From: Klebsormidium nitens
Lineage: Eukaryota; Plantae; Klebsormidiophyceae
Assembly: GCA_000708835.1 (NCBI GenBank)
Contig: DF237438.1
Span: 1-64,000, forward strand
Direction: 5' to 3'
DNA length: 64,000 bases
This document shows positions 25,109 to 37,179 of this stretch, in pieces (the first letter of the stretch is position 1; every line of letters begins with the position of its first letter). The notes below the pieces were generated by a model. That model did no database searches. It was not told the DNA's origin and saw nothing but the letters and a program-made list of their open reading frames with translations. The translations under genes were made by a program, and so were the position numbers.

Positions 25109-28100
25109 TTACTTCTCAGGCCGTCGCGTCCTGTGGTCGAGCGTGTCCTCCCACGCCTCTACTAGTTGCTTCCTCATGCTCGCGGCCATCTCCCTGCCCA
25201 CTTGCATACCCATGCCCACCATCTCTCGCCGCAGCGCCATCCTGGCCAGCAGCGGCAGCCACAATGCGGGCGCTGCCTGCACCGTGTTCCCCAGCGTGCG
25301 CATGCCGGCCGCGACCCGCTCCAGCAGCACATCGTCCTCGTTGTCGTCGTCGTCGTCCACCATGCGCCGCTCCTCGGCACGCCCGCTGCCGCCCTCCGCG
25401 GCGGCGGGCTGCATCAGCCGCGCGCTCCAGCGGGGCAGGCTGCTCGCCTCGAAGGCCTGGCAAGCAGGGAGAGGCATATTTGTCCCATTTTTGCGAGTAC
25501 GCTGACCGGACTATTCCCTTCTGTACGGCTTTTTCCGGCATTTAAGATGCGAATCTTGGTTCAAAGCGCGACATAGATTTCGAAAAGTGGACGACAGTAG
25601 GGTTTTGACGAGCTCAAGTGGACCGCTGTCGCTGACTTCAAATCTTGAACAGGCCGCTCTGACCACCTTGCATCTGCGTACTGCTGGCATCAGGCAACAA
25701 ACATCAGATTAGCGGGCTTGTGACACCGCTTCAGACAGTGCCCCGTTCCCCTTCCGTTCCGCCCAGCTCACCGCTGCTGCCTGCTGGTCCGCCACAGTGG
25801 CCACCACGATGTGCCCTGCCGCGTCCACCCGCGGCCGCAGGGCCGCTGGTCGCGCATCCTCGGGGTGGGCCTCCTCCGCGTCGGCGCGGCCGTCGGGGGC
25901 GGGCCCGAGGCCGGCCCAGTGGCGCACATGGTCCAGCATGCTGCCCACCAGGCTGTCCGTCACGCCCGCCAGGTCCTGCACGCCACCGTAAACTACTGCT
26001 CAGCGCAAGCCAACAGAGTACGTGCACCTGAAGATCCTCGCCCCGCTGCCCTCCTTTCCGAGTTCGGTCTGCACGCCGACCTCCACGCCTCGCATTCTGC
26101 ACATAGTCGTTTACGCCCGCTGCCACCGGCCGGCTTCAAGCACCATCCGTTGGCGTGCTGGCTGACCTGCACGACGTGGTGCCGCACGTGGGTCCCGCTG
26201 TCGGCCATGACGAAGTCGAGCAAGTCCGCCGTGGCGGCCACAATGGCCCGCTGGTCCAGGGCGCCACGCAGGCTCGACCCCGCCCTGCCCAGTGCAGCGC
26301 GCCCGCCCCACGGCCCTGCGCAGACACGTGCTGCTCAAGTATGCTCACACACCGCACGGCACGCCAAGCACGGACACAGACACGGAGTCTCCCTCTCAGG
26401 TTGGGTGCAGTCATGAGGAGGGTGTATGAGAAGGAGAGCAAGGCAGTCCACGCTCAATGTGACTGCCGAGAGATGTGAGACCAGTGCTGGGCGGTGAGAC
26501 ACGATGTTCCAATACCAGAAGAACTATGTCCAAGCGTACAATCAGCGGACTTCGCCCCCACCCCCTGGCAAAAGAAGCTATTTATCGTACAATGGCAGAG
26601 GGGGCAAAGGTAAATCCGGGTTCGTCCGCCGCTCACCGTCGGGCGCCGTGACGGGGCGCCCCTGCATGCCGATAGCTGCCACGAGGCGCTCGAGGCGGTG
26701 CCAGCGGACGTTGCCGTCAGGGTGCAGCAGCAGCTCGCGCAAGATCTCGCGCATCTGCATGTACGCAACAGGCGGCATCAAGCGTCGCAAGAGCACGCGC
26801 CCTTGCAGCGGAACACCAAGTGGGCTGCTCTAGACACATTCTCTGGTGTATTCGCCTGATCCATCCCAAATGAGAAGCAGAAAAAGAGCGAGAGGCGAGA
26901 GGGCCGTCGGATCGCAGCCTCGTCAGCGCCGCCTGGCACACGACGTAGAAGGCCACAGAGAGATGGCAGGCTTCCAAGCGCGAGGGTCCAAATCATCAAA
27001 GCTCTACTGATCGCGCTGTGGGGCACGGTCACATGCGCGGCGGCCGACCTCGGGCGTGGGGTCGGCGAGGAGCCTGCCGACGACGAAGGGGTACGCTGAG
27101 GCGAGGACCTTGAACGACGGGTCCAGCGCGGTGGCGGTGCCCTCCAGCGACCCCAGCGCGCGGATGACCATCGTGTACACCGCGGGGTACTGGAACTGGA
27201 ACCTGCGCAGCAACGCACCCCAAGATGAAGGGTTGCAGCCAGGCAATCCTCCTGCTCCTTCCGAAAGCAAGAACCCAACACGAGATTCCGAGGCAGATAG
27301 GACACGATGGCTGGTCTTTCTGCCTTGCGATGCTATAGGCACCCCCGTGTTACGAGTGCGGTGGAGAAGGGCATGTTAAGACAAGGTGACGCTGGCAGGC
27401 TTGCCGCCTTGCCCTGCGCGAGGTGCCGCTGACCTGTACATGACCTCCGCGAGCTGCGTGACGATGCCCTGGAAGTCGAGCTTCATGCGGCGGCCCTCCG
27501 TCCCAAACGACTCGCGCAGTGCGGCCGCCACTCGGGCCAACTCTGGGGACCGCAAAAGATGGCGGGGTCAATCAGAATGTTGAGACTCCTACTCATTGAT
27601 GTCCGCGGTTGGGCACCTCGAATTCTCTCAAAATAACCACAATCGTGTCGACGGATGCAAGACTACACAAAGCCTTCGAAGAAAGCACATCGTTGGTAAA
27701 AACAGGTGGTTCAAAGACCTCTGTCGATTCTGTCGACTCTGATCATCCAACAAAGACGCTTCAGAAACGGTTATCCAGGGTGACGCCCACCTGTTTGCGG
27801 GGGGAGGAAACCCAGCGTGACGAAGTCGCTTGCTAAACCTAGCGCGTCCCTATTTACAAAGTGAACAAGCTGCACACCACAATACGTCGCGATCAGAAGT
27901 GGCGGCTGGTCTAAGGAATGTGTTTGCACAACAAGAAAGCCGGACAGACGTCGTGATTCAGCCATGCAAAACTTACATCAGAGACAATGGAGAACACGCC
28001 AAAAGATATAGAAGCAGAGCAGCTTTGCGGAGGAAAAGAGGAGCTATATGATACCAACAATCAAAGACCTGGCTCCGCCCGTTTATCGAAATCCAAGTTT

Positions 28101-31054
28101 GTCATGTTATCTCAACTTGATACTGAGTGCGCTCAAATCAACATAGTGACAGTGCAAGGGCCCAGGCTGGGCGGCGCGGCTGACCGTGCGTATGAGGCCG
28201 ATGCGGTAGCGGTGCGGCAGCTCGGACATCATGCCGAAGTCCAGGTACACCAGCAGGCCGTCGCTCGTCACCAGCAGGTTGCCGGGGTGCGGGTCTGCAC
28301 AGCACGGAGGCGTATCAGACAAGAACGGAATTAAAAAGCTGCACGACACGAATTCGGGGTCTGCAACTTCGGTCTTGGGTTTAGACGGCATCAATCAGAT
28401 TACCGCTGCTTTCACTTGCGCTCTGTCGATGTTACGACCCTCTTCGAGGGTGGCAGAGGGCTGCGGGCACTGACCGGAATGGAAGAAGCCCTCCTCGAGG
28501 AGCTGGCGCAGGGAGCAGAGGACGCCGAAGTCGACGATCTTCTCCGCATTCAGCTGCAAGCCGGCGATCGCAGCCTGCCATCACAGAGCGCGCAATAGTA
28601 AAGGCACTGCTTTTGATGCTCGATGGCCACCAACTAATAAGCTCAAGTAAACGTCCCAGGTTGGTGACGTAAGACACGGCCAGGGCCCCACGTGCGACGA
28701 CGTAAGCACACGACCCGAGAGCGACAGGAACAAAAGCTCTCAGAAGATCCCGCAATTTCAGATGACCCATTGGCTGCAGAGTATTGGGGTGGGCATATGC
28801 AAAACTTCGAACTCAATCCGAGAGCCTCACCGCATCAGTGAGCTTGACGCCTTCCATCCACTCCATGGTCAGAATCTGGTGCGTCGTCATCCGCCACAGA
28901 ATTCGCGGCACACGCACCCCGCCCTCCTCTGCGCCGTTGCGCCTCCTTCCCGGGGGCGCATCCATGAGCCCGTCCCACCCCCCGTCATAGTCGCGCGCGT
29001 GCTCCGCCCCCTTGGCGGCATCAAACGCGTAGAGCTGCGCAAAGCGCTCCGCGTTGTGGGCCTCTCGCACGTAGTCGACTTCCTCAAACACGCGGCCGAC
29101 CATCTCGTCGACCACTGCAGTAAGGCTGCCCCGCGCGCCCACGTAGCGCTGCAGCTGCGCCGCCACCTGGCGCAGCAGGTACGCGTCTAACGCCAGCCGT
29201 ACCGCTAGCCCGGGGCGCTGCACCTTCACAGCCACCCATGCGCCATACGGGCCGGGCAAGCGTGCTGGCAAGGAGAGAAGGGGCAGACTGGTGGGCAGAG
29301 TTCGCTGTAATGGCAGAAGAGCACAATTGTACGCCATATTATTTTTAATTGACTTGGCCTTCGTTTAAAGGTTCTTTAGAAGATGGATGGTCTAAAGTAG
29401 CGGATGAGTTTTCAAAAAAACATATAGAGTTCTCTAAAGCGCCCTGCTATGGCAAGCCAGAATACGAGGCCCATGTTCCTAATAAGAGTTGAAAGGTCTG
29501 AGAAGTTGTGCACGCCACGTCTCCAGACGTATTACCGGTTACATGTCGAGTCAAACTAGATCGATCGCAGGGTTTGACCAACCTGACATGTGACGAAAAC
29601 GATTCCTGGAAGGCTCTGCCAGCAGTTCGCAACCAGAAACAGGGAGTTCTCAGTAGTGACAACATTCTAAAAATGCAAGTCACGTGTGTGCAATCTCGCT
29701 TAATTCACATTCACTTCGATCTCGTTTTGTAATCCAACAGGCATCAACAGCTTGAGCCACACACCGTCGAAACACCGGCGCACTCTGTTACTCCACTTCG
29801 CGTGCCCACCTTTGTAGACCTGCCCCAGCGAGGCTGCTGCAACCGGCTCGGGCGAGATCTCCTGGAACAGCTTCTCAATGGGCGCCCCCAGCTGGGCCTC
29901 GATGGCGCGGAACGCTGCGCGTGTTGGGAAGGGCGGGATCTGGTCCTGCAGCTTGGCCAGCTCCGCGCAGATTTGGGGGGGCAGCACGTCGGGGCGCGTC
30001 GACAGCGTCTGGCCCAGCTTGATGAACGCGGGGCCCAGGCGGATGAGCGCCAGCCGCAGCTGCACGGCAAGCACCGTGATAACTGAGCCTGTTCCCTCGC
30101 TGAGCAGTCTGGCTGAGTCTCAAGAACTGTTTTACTTAATTGCTACAGGCCAAAAACCAAGCTCGAAGTTGTTAGAGTGGCACCGGAAGTGACTGATCAC
30201 TTGTTGCCTTGGTACGACAGTCTGGTTACATTAGATGGATAAGAGAACGCCTACCAAAACCACCCCACATTTCAACAAAAGACGTGCGAGCACAGTGTTC
30301 TTGAGGTGCACTCTAAAAGCCACTCCTCATCATCGCCATCAATAGTGGGAATAGGCGCCCTCACCATCTCTGCCCGCTTGTTGATGTCACTTTCCCGCAG
30401 CGACCTCAGCCTGAGCCAGCCGACCTCTGCTGTGATGACCAGTGCCCGCCACAGCACCGGCAGTGGGCGCCAGCGGTAGTGCCTGGCCAGGGCACCCGGG
30501 TCGTACACCGCAGGCTTCAAACGCTGGGGGAGCTCCACCGTCTCGTCCTCTGTGAAGAAGCCGTCCTCCAATAAGAGCTCCGCCGCTGCGGGGGGGGCTG
30601 TGGTGGCAGCAGCGCCGGGAGGAGGCCGGACAGCGTCTGTTACTCTAGAGGTTGATTTTGGAGCTTGATGGGCGGTGGTGGATGTGGTGGCGGCAACTGT
30701 GGCCCCTGGGCTTCCGGTGGCAGTGTAGGAGGACCGGATCTGCCATGAGCTTGGCAGGATAAGGTCCAGCTGGCTGGAAACGCAGAGGGTGGATGCTGAA
30801 ATTGAGAATGCAGGCGGCTTGAACCACCTTGATCCTGAGAGAAGGCTCTCACTTTCGATGCCCACAGTTGAAAGAAGGGGTGTTCTTCGCCAGAGCGCCT
30901 CGCCTCCATTCAGAAGAGGAGAGACTTTAGCAACAGCTCCAAGCCCCTCCTCGCAAGCCCCAGCTTGTGCTCGTATCCACGGCAGCAGGCTCTCCCACAG
31001 GCGTGGCCGCAGGAGCAAGCGGGACCGGCTGCTAGGAGGACCTGCTGCATTCAT
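25109..31054 (-). CDS. ABC1/AarF atypical kinase, probably plastid-targeted (ABC1K4-like from memory), multi-exon
   Basis: LGPAFIKLGQTLSTRPD, PVAAASLGQVYK, VAVKVQRPG, EEVDYVREAHNAERF, LTMEWMEG, FFHS|DPHPGNL, YLDFGMM and VIRALGSLEGTATALDPSFKVLASAYPFVVGRLLADPTPE. The N-terminus is long and Ser/Arg/Ala-rich. Confidence 0.93.
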
Positions 31055-31599
31055 GGTGATTCGCTAGCACGAGCTACCAGAAGTGAGGATCACGACAGTA
31101 CCGCTTGGAAATTATCCCATCTTAGCATGGTGCCAGCATGCATGCACCTTGCAACAGCTGGCGCTGCTGCCCGCCCTCAGGGACAACAAGATGCCCACTT
31201 CAGAGTTGAAGTTAATACTCACCACCCTTCTCTGGCGTTTTTGTCCTTATCAAGCGGTGCGCCCTTCAAGGACAACCAGTTCGAACAATCGCAGTAGGCT
31301 CTACCCCACTTCACATTTGGCGTCCAAGTCCCATTCAATGCAGCCTAGCGCCCTGGGCTCACACTCACAGCTTTGGCTGTCTAGAATATTACATGTCACT
31401 GCGCCTCCTTCCCTGACCATCTGTTGATACAGCATAAACACAACCACTCTCCTGCCGCCACGTGCCCCCCTTTTCCGCTTGGAAGGCTTTGTCTCCGCAA
31501 CCTGGTCGCCTCAGGCTCGCCGGCTCCGGGGCCCGGGGGATACCCCGAACCGCGAAAAGGCTTCCGGAACTGAAAAAGCTCTGCATGCAGTCACTAGGC

Positions 31600-31853
31600 G
31601 GTTCACGTATCAGCAGTGGTTCACCACAGCGTTGCTGGGCGTTCCTCACCCGGGGATTCGGCGGTGTGAGTGCGGTAAGGAGTTGCCGGAGTGGATTGGG
31701 GCGGAGCATACCGTACGCTGTTCCCCGAGGTACAAAGCGCGCACGCTGACGCGTGATGGCATATGCAGTGCGCTGTACTTCATCCTGCGAGACTCGGGTG
31801 TTCAGCATCCGCCGGAAGGCGAGGGGCATCCTTGCCGGCCGGTGAGAGACTGA
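31600..31853 (+). mobile_element. Possible relic of a CRE-like (RLE-type) non-LTR retrotransposon zinc-knuckle region
   Basis: WFTTALLGVPHPGIRRCECGKELPEWIGAEHTVRCSPRYKARTLTRDGICSALYFIL has a C-x-C-x11-H-x3-C knuckle preceded by LG-x-P, as in CRE-clade elements. The usual downstream RH is degenerate and no RT is visible. Confidence 0.4.
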
Positions 31854-32573
31854 GAGACGGAGGGGAGACTCGGAGAGTGATGGATGCTGATGTTCTAGCA
31901 TCGCCGGATTAGCTTGCACACCTTATTCAAATGGACTGTGGCGGACGTAGACGGGCATGATGCAGGAGTGTTGCCCAGGCTTTGCGCGTGCGTTCTAAGC
32001 GATCGTACGTGTCCAAAGCCTACCCTTCATAGTAGAGAAGGAGATATTGACCAGCCACACGTGCATGCAGGCCGGCAAAAGATTTGCATGGTCGTTATCA
32101 GACCTTTTGAGTTAACTTAATTACACATCGTTGTCTTGAGCAGACAATAGCAGCATCGAGTAAAGGTCCGCATATAACATGAGGTCGATCGGCTTCTCGC
32201 GCTCGTAATATTCAAGCAATGTCATCCAATACAATCGCATTTTTTTGGAACCTTTGAGACCCCACTCAAAAGCGTGATTGTGGAAAGTCTTCATGGGAAA
32301 GCACACGACTGTATGCTGCGAATCCCGGGCTTCACTCAAGCACTCAGGCATTATGTACCACCAAGACATGCATACACCAGAGACTTGGTTCTCGGTAATT
32401 CAGCATGGCCGATGTCTAGAGACATTAATGTTGCTGAAAGAGCAACAGAGGAAGAAAATTGAGCTACACAAGCTTGAGCCCCTGCTGAGGCGTCGGTCCT
32501 CCACATTCGACTAAAATTCTGCCACGTCTCTTGCACGATTCACTTCTATCTGGACACGTTGCACGATCTACTT

Positions 32574-35500
32574 CTATCTGGACAAGTCGTCAGACAAGTC
32601 ATCATCGGACAACTCTTTGTCAGGCAACACTAACATATTTTCGGGGATTCGCAGAACCTCGTCCCCCGCATCAGGCAGCTTCAGGCGAACCACCCATTGT
32701 TTGATGCTCTTCAGCTCGGGAGGGACCTCGTTCTCTGGAAGAGCGCCTTTTGTCATGACCATCTCCCCATCCACACCTTTTTTTTTGGGACCGGTCCACG
32801 GCTGCCAACCATAGTTATCAAACTTCTCTCCTGGAACCGCAAGGACTACTCGAAGCTGCTTTCTACCGATGCGTTTCAGAAGGTCCAGAATCCCTTGCGC
32901 GCTGATCCCATGCCCGGGGTTGCGCGTGAACTGGACAGCATATATCCAATCGCCACCGGGGCAGAGTAGCCCATCCCACGACTCTTGATCTCTTGTGGTT
33001 GGCCGGAGGTACGTGTGCTTCAGATCCGCCGGATTCATCCCCTCCTCCTTGCTGTCGGACACAAAATCCTTGCAGCTCCGGAACGCCTCCTTGATCTCTT
33101 CAACCGCTTCCTCCCGCTTTTCCGACTGACCCGGGTCATTCTCGGACACCTCCCCGCCCTGTCTCGCTCCCTCCTGCTTCCGAGGCCGGCCGCGCCGCTT
33201 TCGGAACACCTCCTTGATGTCGTCGTCGTCCAGGTCTACGCCCAGGACGCACCTCACATGCCCGTACGCCTCCAATGAGGACCCTGACATCTCGCCGACC
33301 CTCGGGTTGCTGGCAGCCGCGTGCAGCAGGTCCACTAGGTCCTGCCACCGGCCCTCCTTGGCTTTTTGAAAGACGAGGTCCCCGATGCGCGGCGAACCAA
33401 GACGGAACCCATCAAACTCCAGATCTTTCGTCGCCTACATGGACAGATGGAAAAGGAGGTCAAGCGCTAGTTGTCCCTCTGCAAGTGAGTGGATGCCATT
33501 GTATACATGCTGGAGACCTAAGAGAGCCAGGCACTGCATGCCACCCAAGGTAAAAGACACGAGCAGAACGAAGACCGAGCCGAATTCTGAATGGTCGGCT
33601 ATCAGTCGACCCTCCTTTGCCTCAAGCTAACTCACTTCAATGTGCGCAAATGCATGCCGTATGGCGCTCTTCAAAGCTGCTGCGCCAAGGCGATACAGGT
33701 CCACCGCCTCCAAAGCTGAGAGTGACCTCGCAAGACGCTCAAACGATCGGCCGGGGTCTGCCAGGACGCTCCTGACGACCCCGCCAAACTGCTCAAAGCG
33801 ATTCTCCGTCTGCTTTTGTGACATATGAGGGTAGAAGCGCTGCCGGCACTCCAGCAACTCATCGAGCGTCCACACAGGGAGCCACCAGACTTCAGCGTGC
33901 CTGCGACGTCGATCCATATTGTGAGCAGGTCACAGAAGCAAAGTGCCTGCTGTGGCAAGAGCGAGGGGTCAGACGGGGTGGAAGTCTGTCTACGCCCGAT
34001 GACTTATTGAGGAAGACGCAAGTGTAGGACAGCGAAAGGCCAAACAATCAGAAACCTGAGAGGATTCAGAGACACCCTGCCAGGACTGCAACGTCGAAGA
34101 TATACAGCCACAATTCAATTGACCCATAACAGAACAGCATCGGATGAAGAAACGAGCCGCGAGGGAACTAAGATTTGCGCAATTCGAGCTCAGGCAAGAA
34201 CCAAGGACTTTGGCCACTTTGAGGTCCATGATCACTCCAACCATGAAGAAGTTAACTTTGGAGGTCTGTTGACAATGGTCCGAATACTTACTTCCCCTTG
34301 ACAAACTCCATGTAATTGTCAGAATTGGGCGAGCACAGTACCACCCAGCGACCGTAGCCCGGGAACTGCGTTTCACGGGGAGCCCGTCCATCTTGTACTA
34401 GCCAGACAGAAGGGCGCTCGCAGAGGTCTGCAACACAAGAGAGGATAATCATTGCTGGTGAGCATGAGTAGAGCCCTGTCACTTCCCGCTTTATTATAGC
34501 CCAAACCAAGAGAGAGTGCGCCTTCTAAGGTGAATATACTGTCGCCCTGACTTCCTGGGGGAAACATGCTCACACTGAGCATCCACCAACATATAACCTT
34601 CGCAATTGTTTGAAGCCGGAAGCCAAGCATACACCTTTGCTGCCAAACAATGGTTTCACAGTGCAACATGTCAAACTGTTCGCTTACCTTGAATGGATTG
34701 CCAGTAAGCAGTGCCTTCAGAAGCCTTTTTGACAGTGATCGCCGACGGATTGGAGAAATCGAAGAAAAGTATGGTGTCCTTTCTGATCCTATCCATGTAC
34801 CTGCGAGGCAGACTGATAGGGTTGGCACAGAAGAAGGAAGCACGTGGTCCCTCGTCGTGGAAGGCCTTGTTAGAAGGAAGGCGCTCAGCAACACACGCTA
34901 GCAGGCGACTACAAGGCGACTACAAAGTCAGCCAGGACTGGTGTATGCACACCTGTATGCCACTTGTGCCCCCTGCTTTGCCAACCGGTGCAGGAGGAGG
35001 ACAGCAAAGGCAGACTTTCCGATGCCCGGGGTGCCACTCAGGATGACCGCAAAGTTGTTCCCAAGAATCTCGAGCTTCTTCAGCACCGTGCGATAGCACT
35101 CCCGGATGACAATGCTATCCCTCAGGCCTGGCGGCAGTCCCTCCCGAAGCTTGGGNNNNNNNNNNNNNNNNNNNNGATCATTGCTGGTGAGTATGAGTAG
35201 AGCCCTGTCACTTCCCGCTTTATTATAGCTCAAACCAAGAGAGAGTGCGCCTCCTAAGGTGAATATACCGTCACCCTGACTTCCTAGGGGAAACATGTTC
35301 ACACTGAGCATCCACCGACATATAACCTTCGCAATTGTTTGAAGCCGGAAGCCAAGCATACACCTTTGCTGCCAAACAATGGTTTCAAAGTGCAACATGT
35401 CAAACTGTTCGCTTACCTTGAATGGATTGCCAGTAAGCAGTGCCTTCAGAAGCCTTCTTGACATTGATCGCCAGCGGATTGGAGAAATCGAAGAAAAGTA

Positions 35501-37179
35501 TGGTGTCCTTTCTGATCGTATCCATGTACCTGCGAGGCAGACTGATAGGGTTGGCACAGGAGAAGGAAGCACGTGGTCCCTCGTCAGGGAAGGCCTTGTT
35601 AGAAGGAAGGCGCTCAGCAACACACGCTAGCAGGCGACTACAAGGCGACTACAAAGTCAGCCAGGACTGGTGTATGCACACCTGTATGCCACTTGTGCCC
35701 CCTGCTTTGCCAACCGGTGCAGGAGGAGGACAGCAAAGGCGGACTTTCCGATGCCCGGGGTGCCACTCAGGATGACCGCAAAGTTGTTCCCAAGAACCTC
35801 GAGCTTCTTCAGCACCGTGCGATAGCACTCCCGGATGACAATGCTATCCCTCAGGCCTGGCGGCAGTCCCTCCCGAAGCTCAGGCGGAATCTGGATGACT
35901 CCACTGGCAGTGTCCGCTTGCGCAATGAATTCAGCGTACTTCTGGAGCCTCTCTGGAACAAAAAGCAAATCAACAGTGTGGTGGGGGCTGACTACCGGCA
36001 GATCAGACACTTCCGCTCGGATGCAAGAAAATTCACACCAGCCTCCCACGAAGCGAATCGCCTTTGTGGTGGGCACTGCCCAGTGGCAGAACCTGAGTTG
36101 TGCCAATGCAGGAACTCTACACCAGTCAAACAGCACCTGAAACAGCAATCAAATAGAAGACAATGCTGACAGGTGCGACAAGCGCTTCAGCACACAGCGC
36201 AAACAGGTGGAAACAGGTACAGAGACTTACCCAAGACTGCAGGGTCTGGAACCCCCGCCGCTGCACACGACAGAAGCTATCTGTCAGCATTCCACACGCA
36301 GTCACTGAATAAGCCAACTGCATATGCTAAGCAGGCTATGAGGTTGGAAATAGTTTCTCTGCACCGCAAAACTGTTCCGCCTGCATGTTGCCATGACCCA
36401 CAGAGCAACCCACCAACCTCAGGCAAACACAGATACAAACACCCTTCTTAAGCAGCAACAATCGAGACAGATTGCCATGGCTCATTGAGCAGACACCTGA
36501 ACTGCAGGCAAAGAGGGATAGAAAACCCTCTGTGCGGTGTGCCATACCACTCTCTTTGCGAAACATCGACAAGCAGCAGGGGAATTGCCTGCAGCACAAC
36601 ATTGGCAGCAGAACGCCTCTCATGGTCTTTTCACATCTGTGCGCTGCTTTGCTGGGCTGCTCCAAGGAGACCGCCCTCCATGCGTAAGACGACGGGAGAC
36701 GTACCTGGTGTCTGCTGCAGCTTCAACTTTTCCACCTCCGCCTGCGCGAGCGCGGTCAGTCGCTGCTCCAGCGCGACCAGTCTTTGCTCCAACAACTCCG
36801 TGCTCTTGCCTGCAGCCGCAGCAGTGTCGATCTGGTTCTCCAAGCGTTCAATTCTCTTCTCCGCACGCTGGATACTCGACTTGAGGGCCTGTGCCTCTTC
36901 CTTGACCCGGTCAGCCTGAGGTGCACTATCAAGTCCGTTGGAACTTCCGGTAGACTCTGCTTGCCCCTGGGGAATTTTCGCCCTCGGCAAGAAGCTTCTC
37001 AGTCCTGAGCCCACGCTGTACTCGGAATGGGACCTGCCCAGCCTCGATCCCTCAACCAGAGGGCGAGGAAGTGTCCTCAAAGGGAACAGCTGGGGAGTGA
37101 CAGGGGCAATGTCTGCCTGCCTGCGCGAAAATAAAGCTCTCGCCCCAGCCACCTGGAAGAGCACTGCGGCAGACGCCAT
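32574..37179 (-). CDS. Crinkler/RHS-type effector: transit-peptide-like N-terminus, coiled coil, P-loop NTPase, PD-(D/E)xK-like REase with AT-hook
   Basis: Exons 37179-36705, 35952-35682, 35529-35417 (second copy of exon 2, partial, 35155-34953, and of exon 3, 34800-34688), 34427-34292, 33900-33636 and 33434-32574. All have GT-AG boundaries with matching phases, giving 706 aa when one exon copy is used. Walker A LSGTPGIGKS; Walker-B-like VWLVQDG; VVLCSP; LPVWTLDEL; RFEQFGGVVRSVL. REase-like G..LEAYGH, YLRP...ESWDGL, AVQFT...H.I and VVLAVP. Confidence 0.8.
34447..35879. repeat. Direct duplication of about 700 bp (period 729 bp) covering two exons of the Crinkler-like gene
   Basis: ~34447-35155 and ~35176-35879 align end to end with about 19-20 substitutions counted by eye (~97% identity). 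The copies are separated by 20 N. Confidence 0.92.
35156..35175. other. Assembly gap (20 N)
   Basis: Run of N between the two duplicated copies; the true length is unknown. Confidence 0.99.

Noticed and set aside
32121-32369. 82-aa minus-strand ORF downstream of the Crinkler-like gene, considered as an immunity or partner gene
   Set aside because: No motif, no convincing splice structure and no evidence of expression. It could be 3' UTR.
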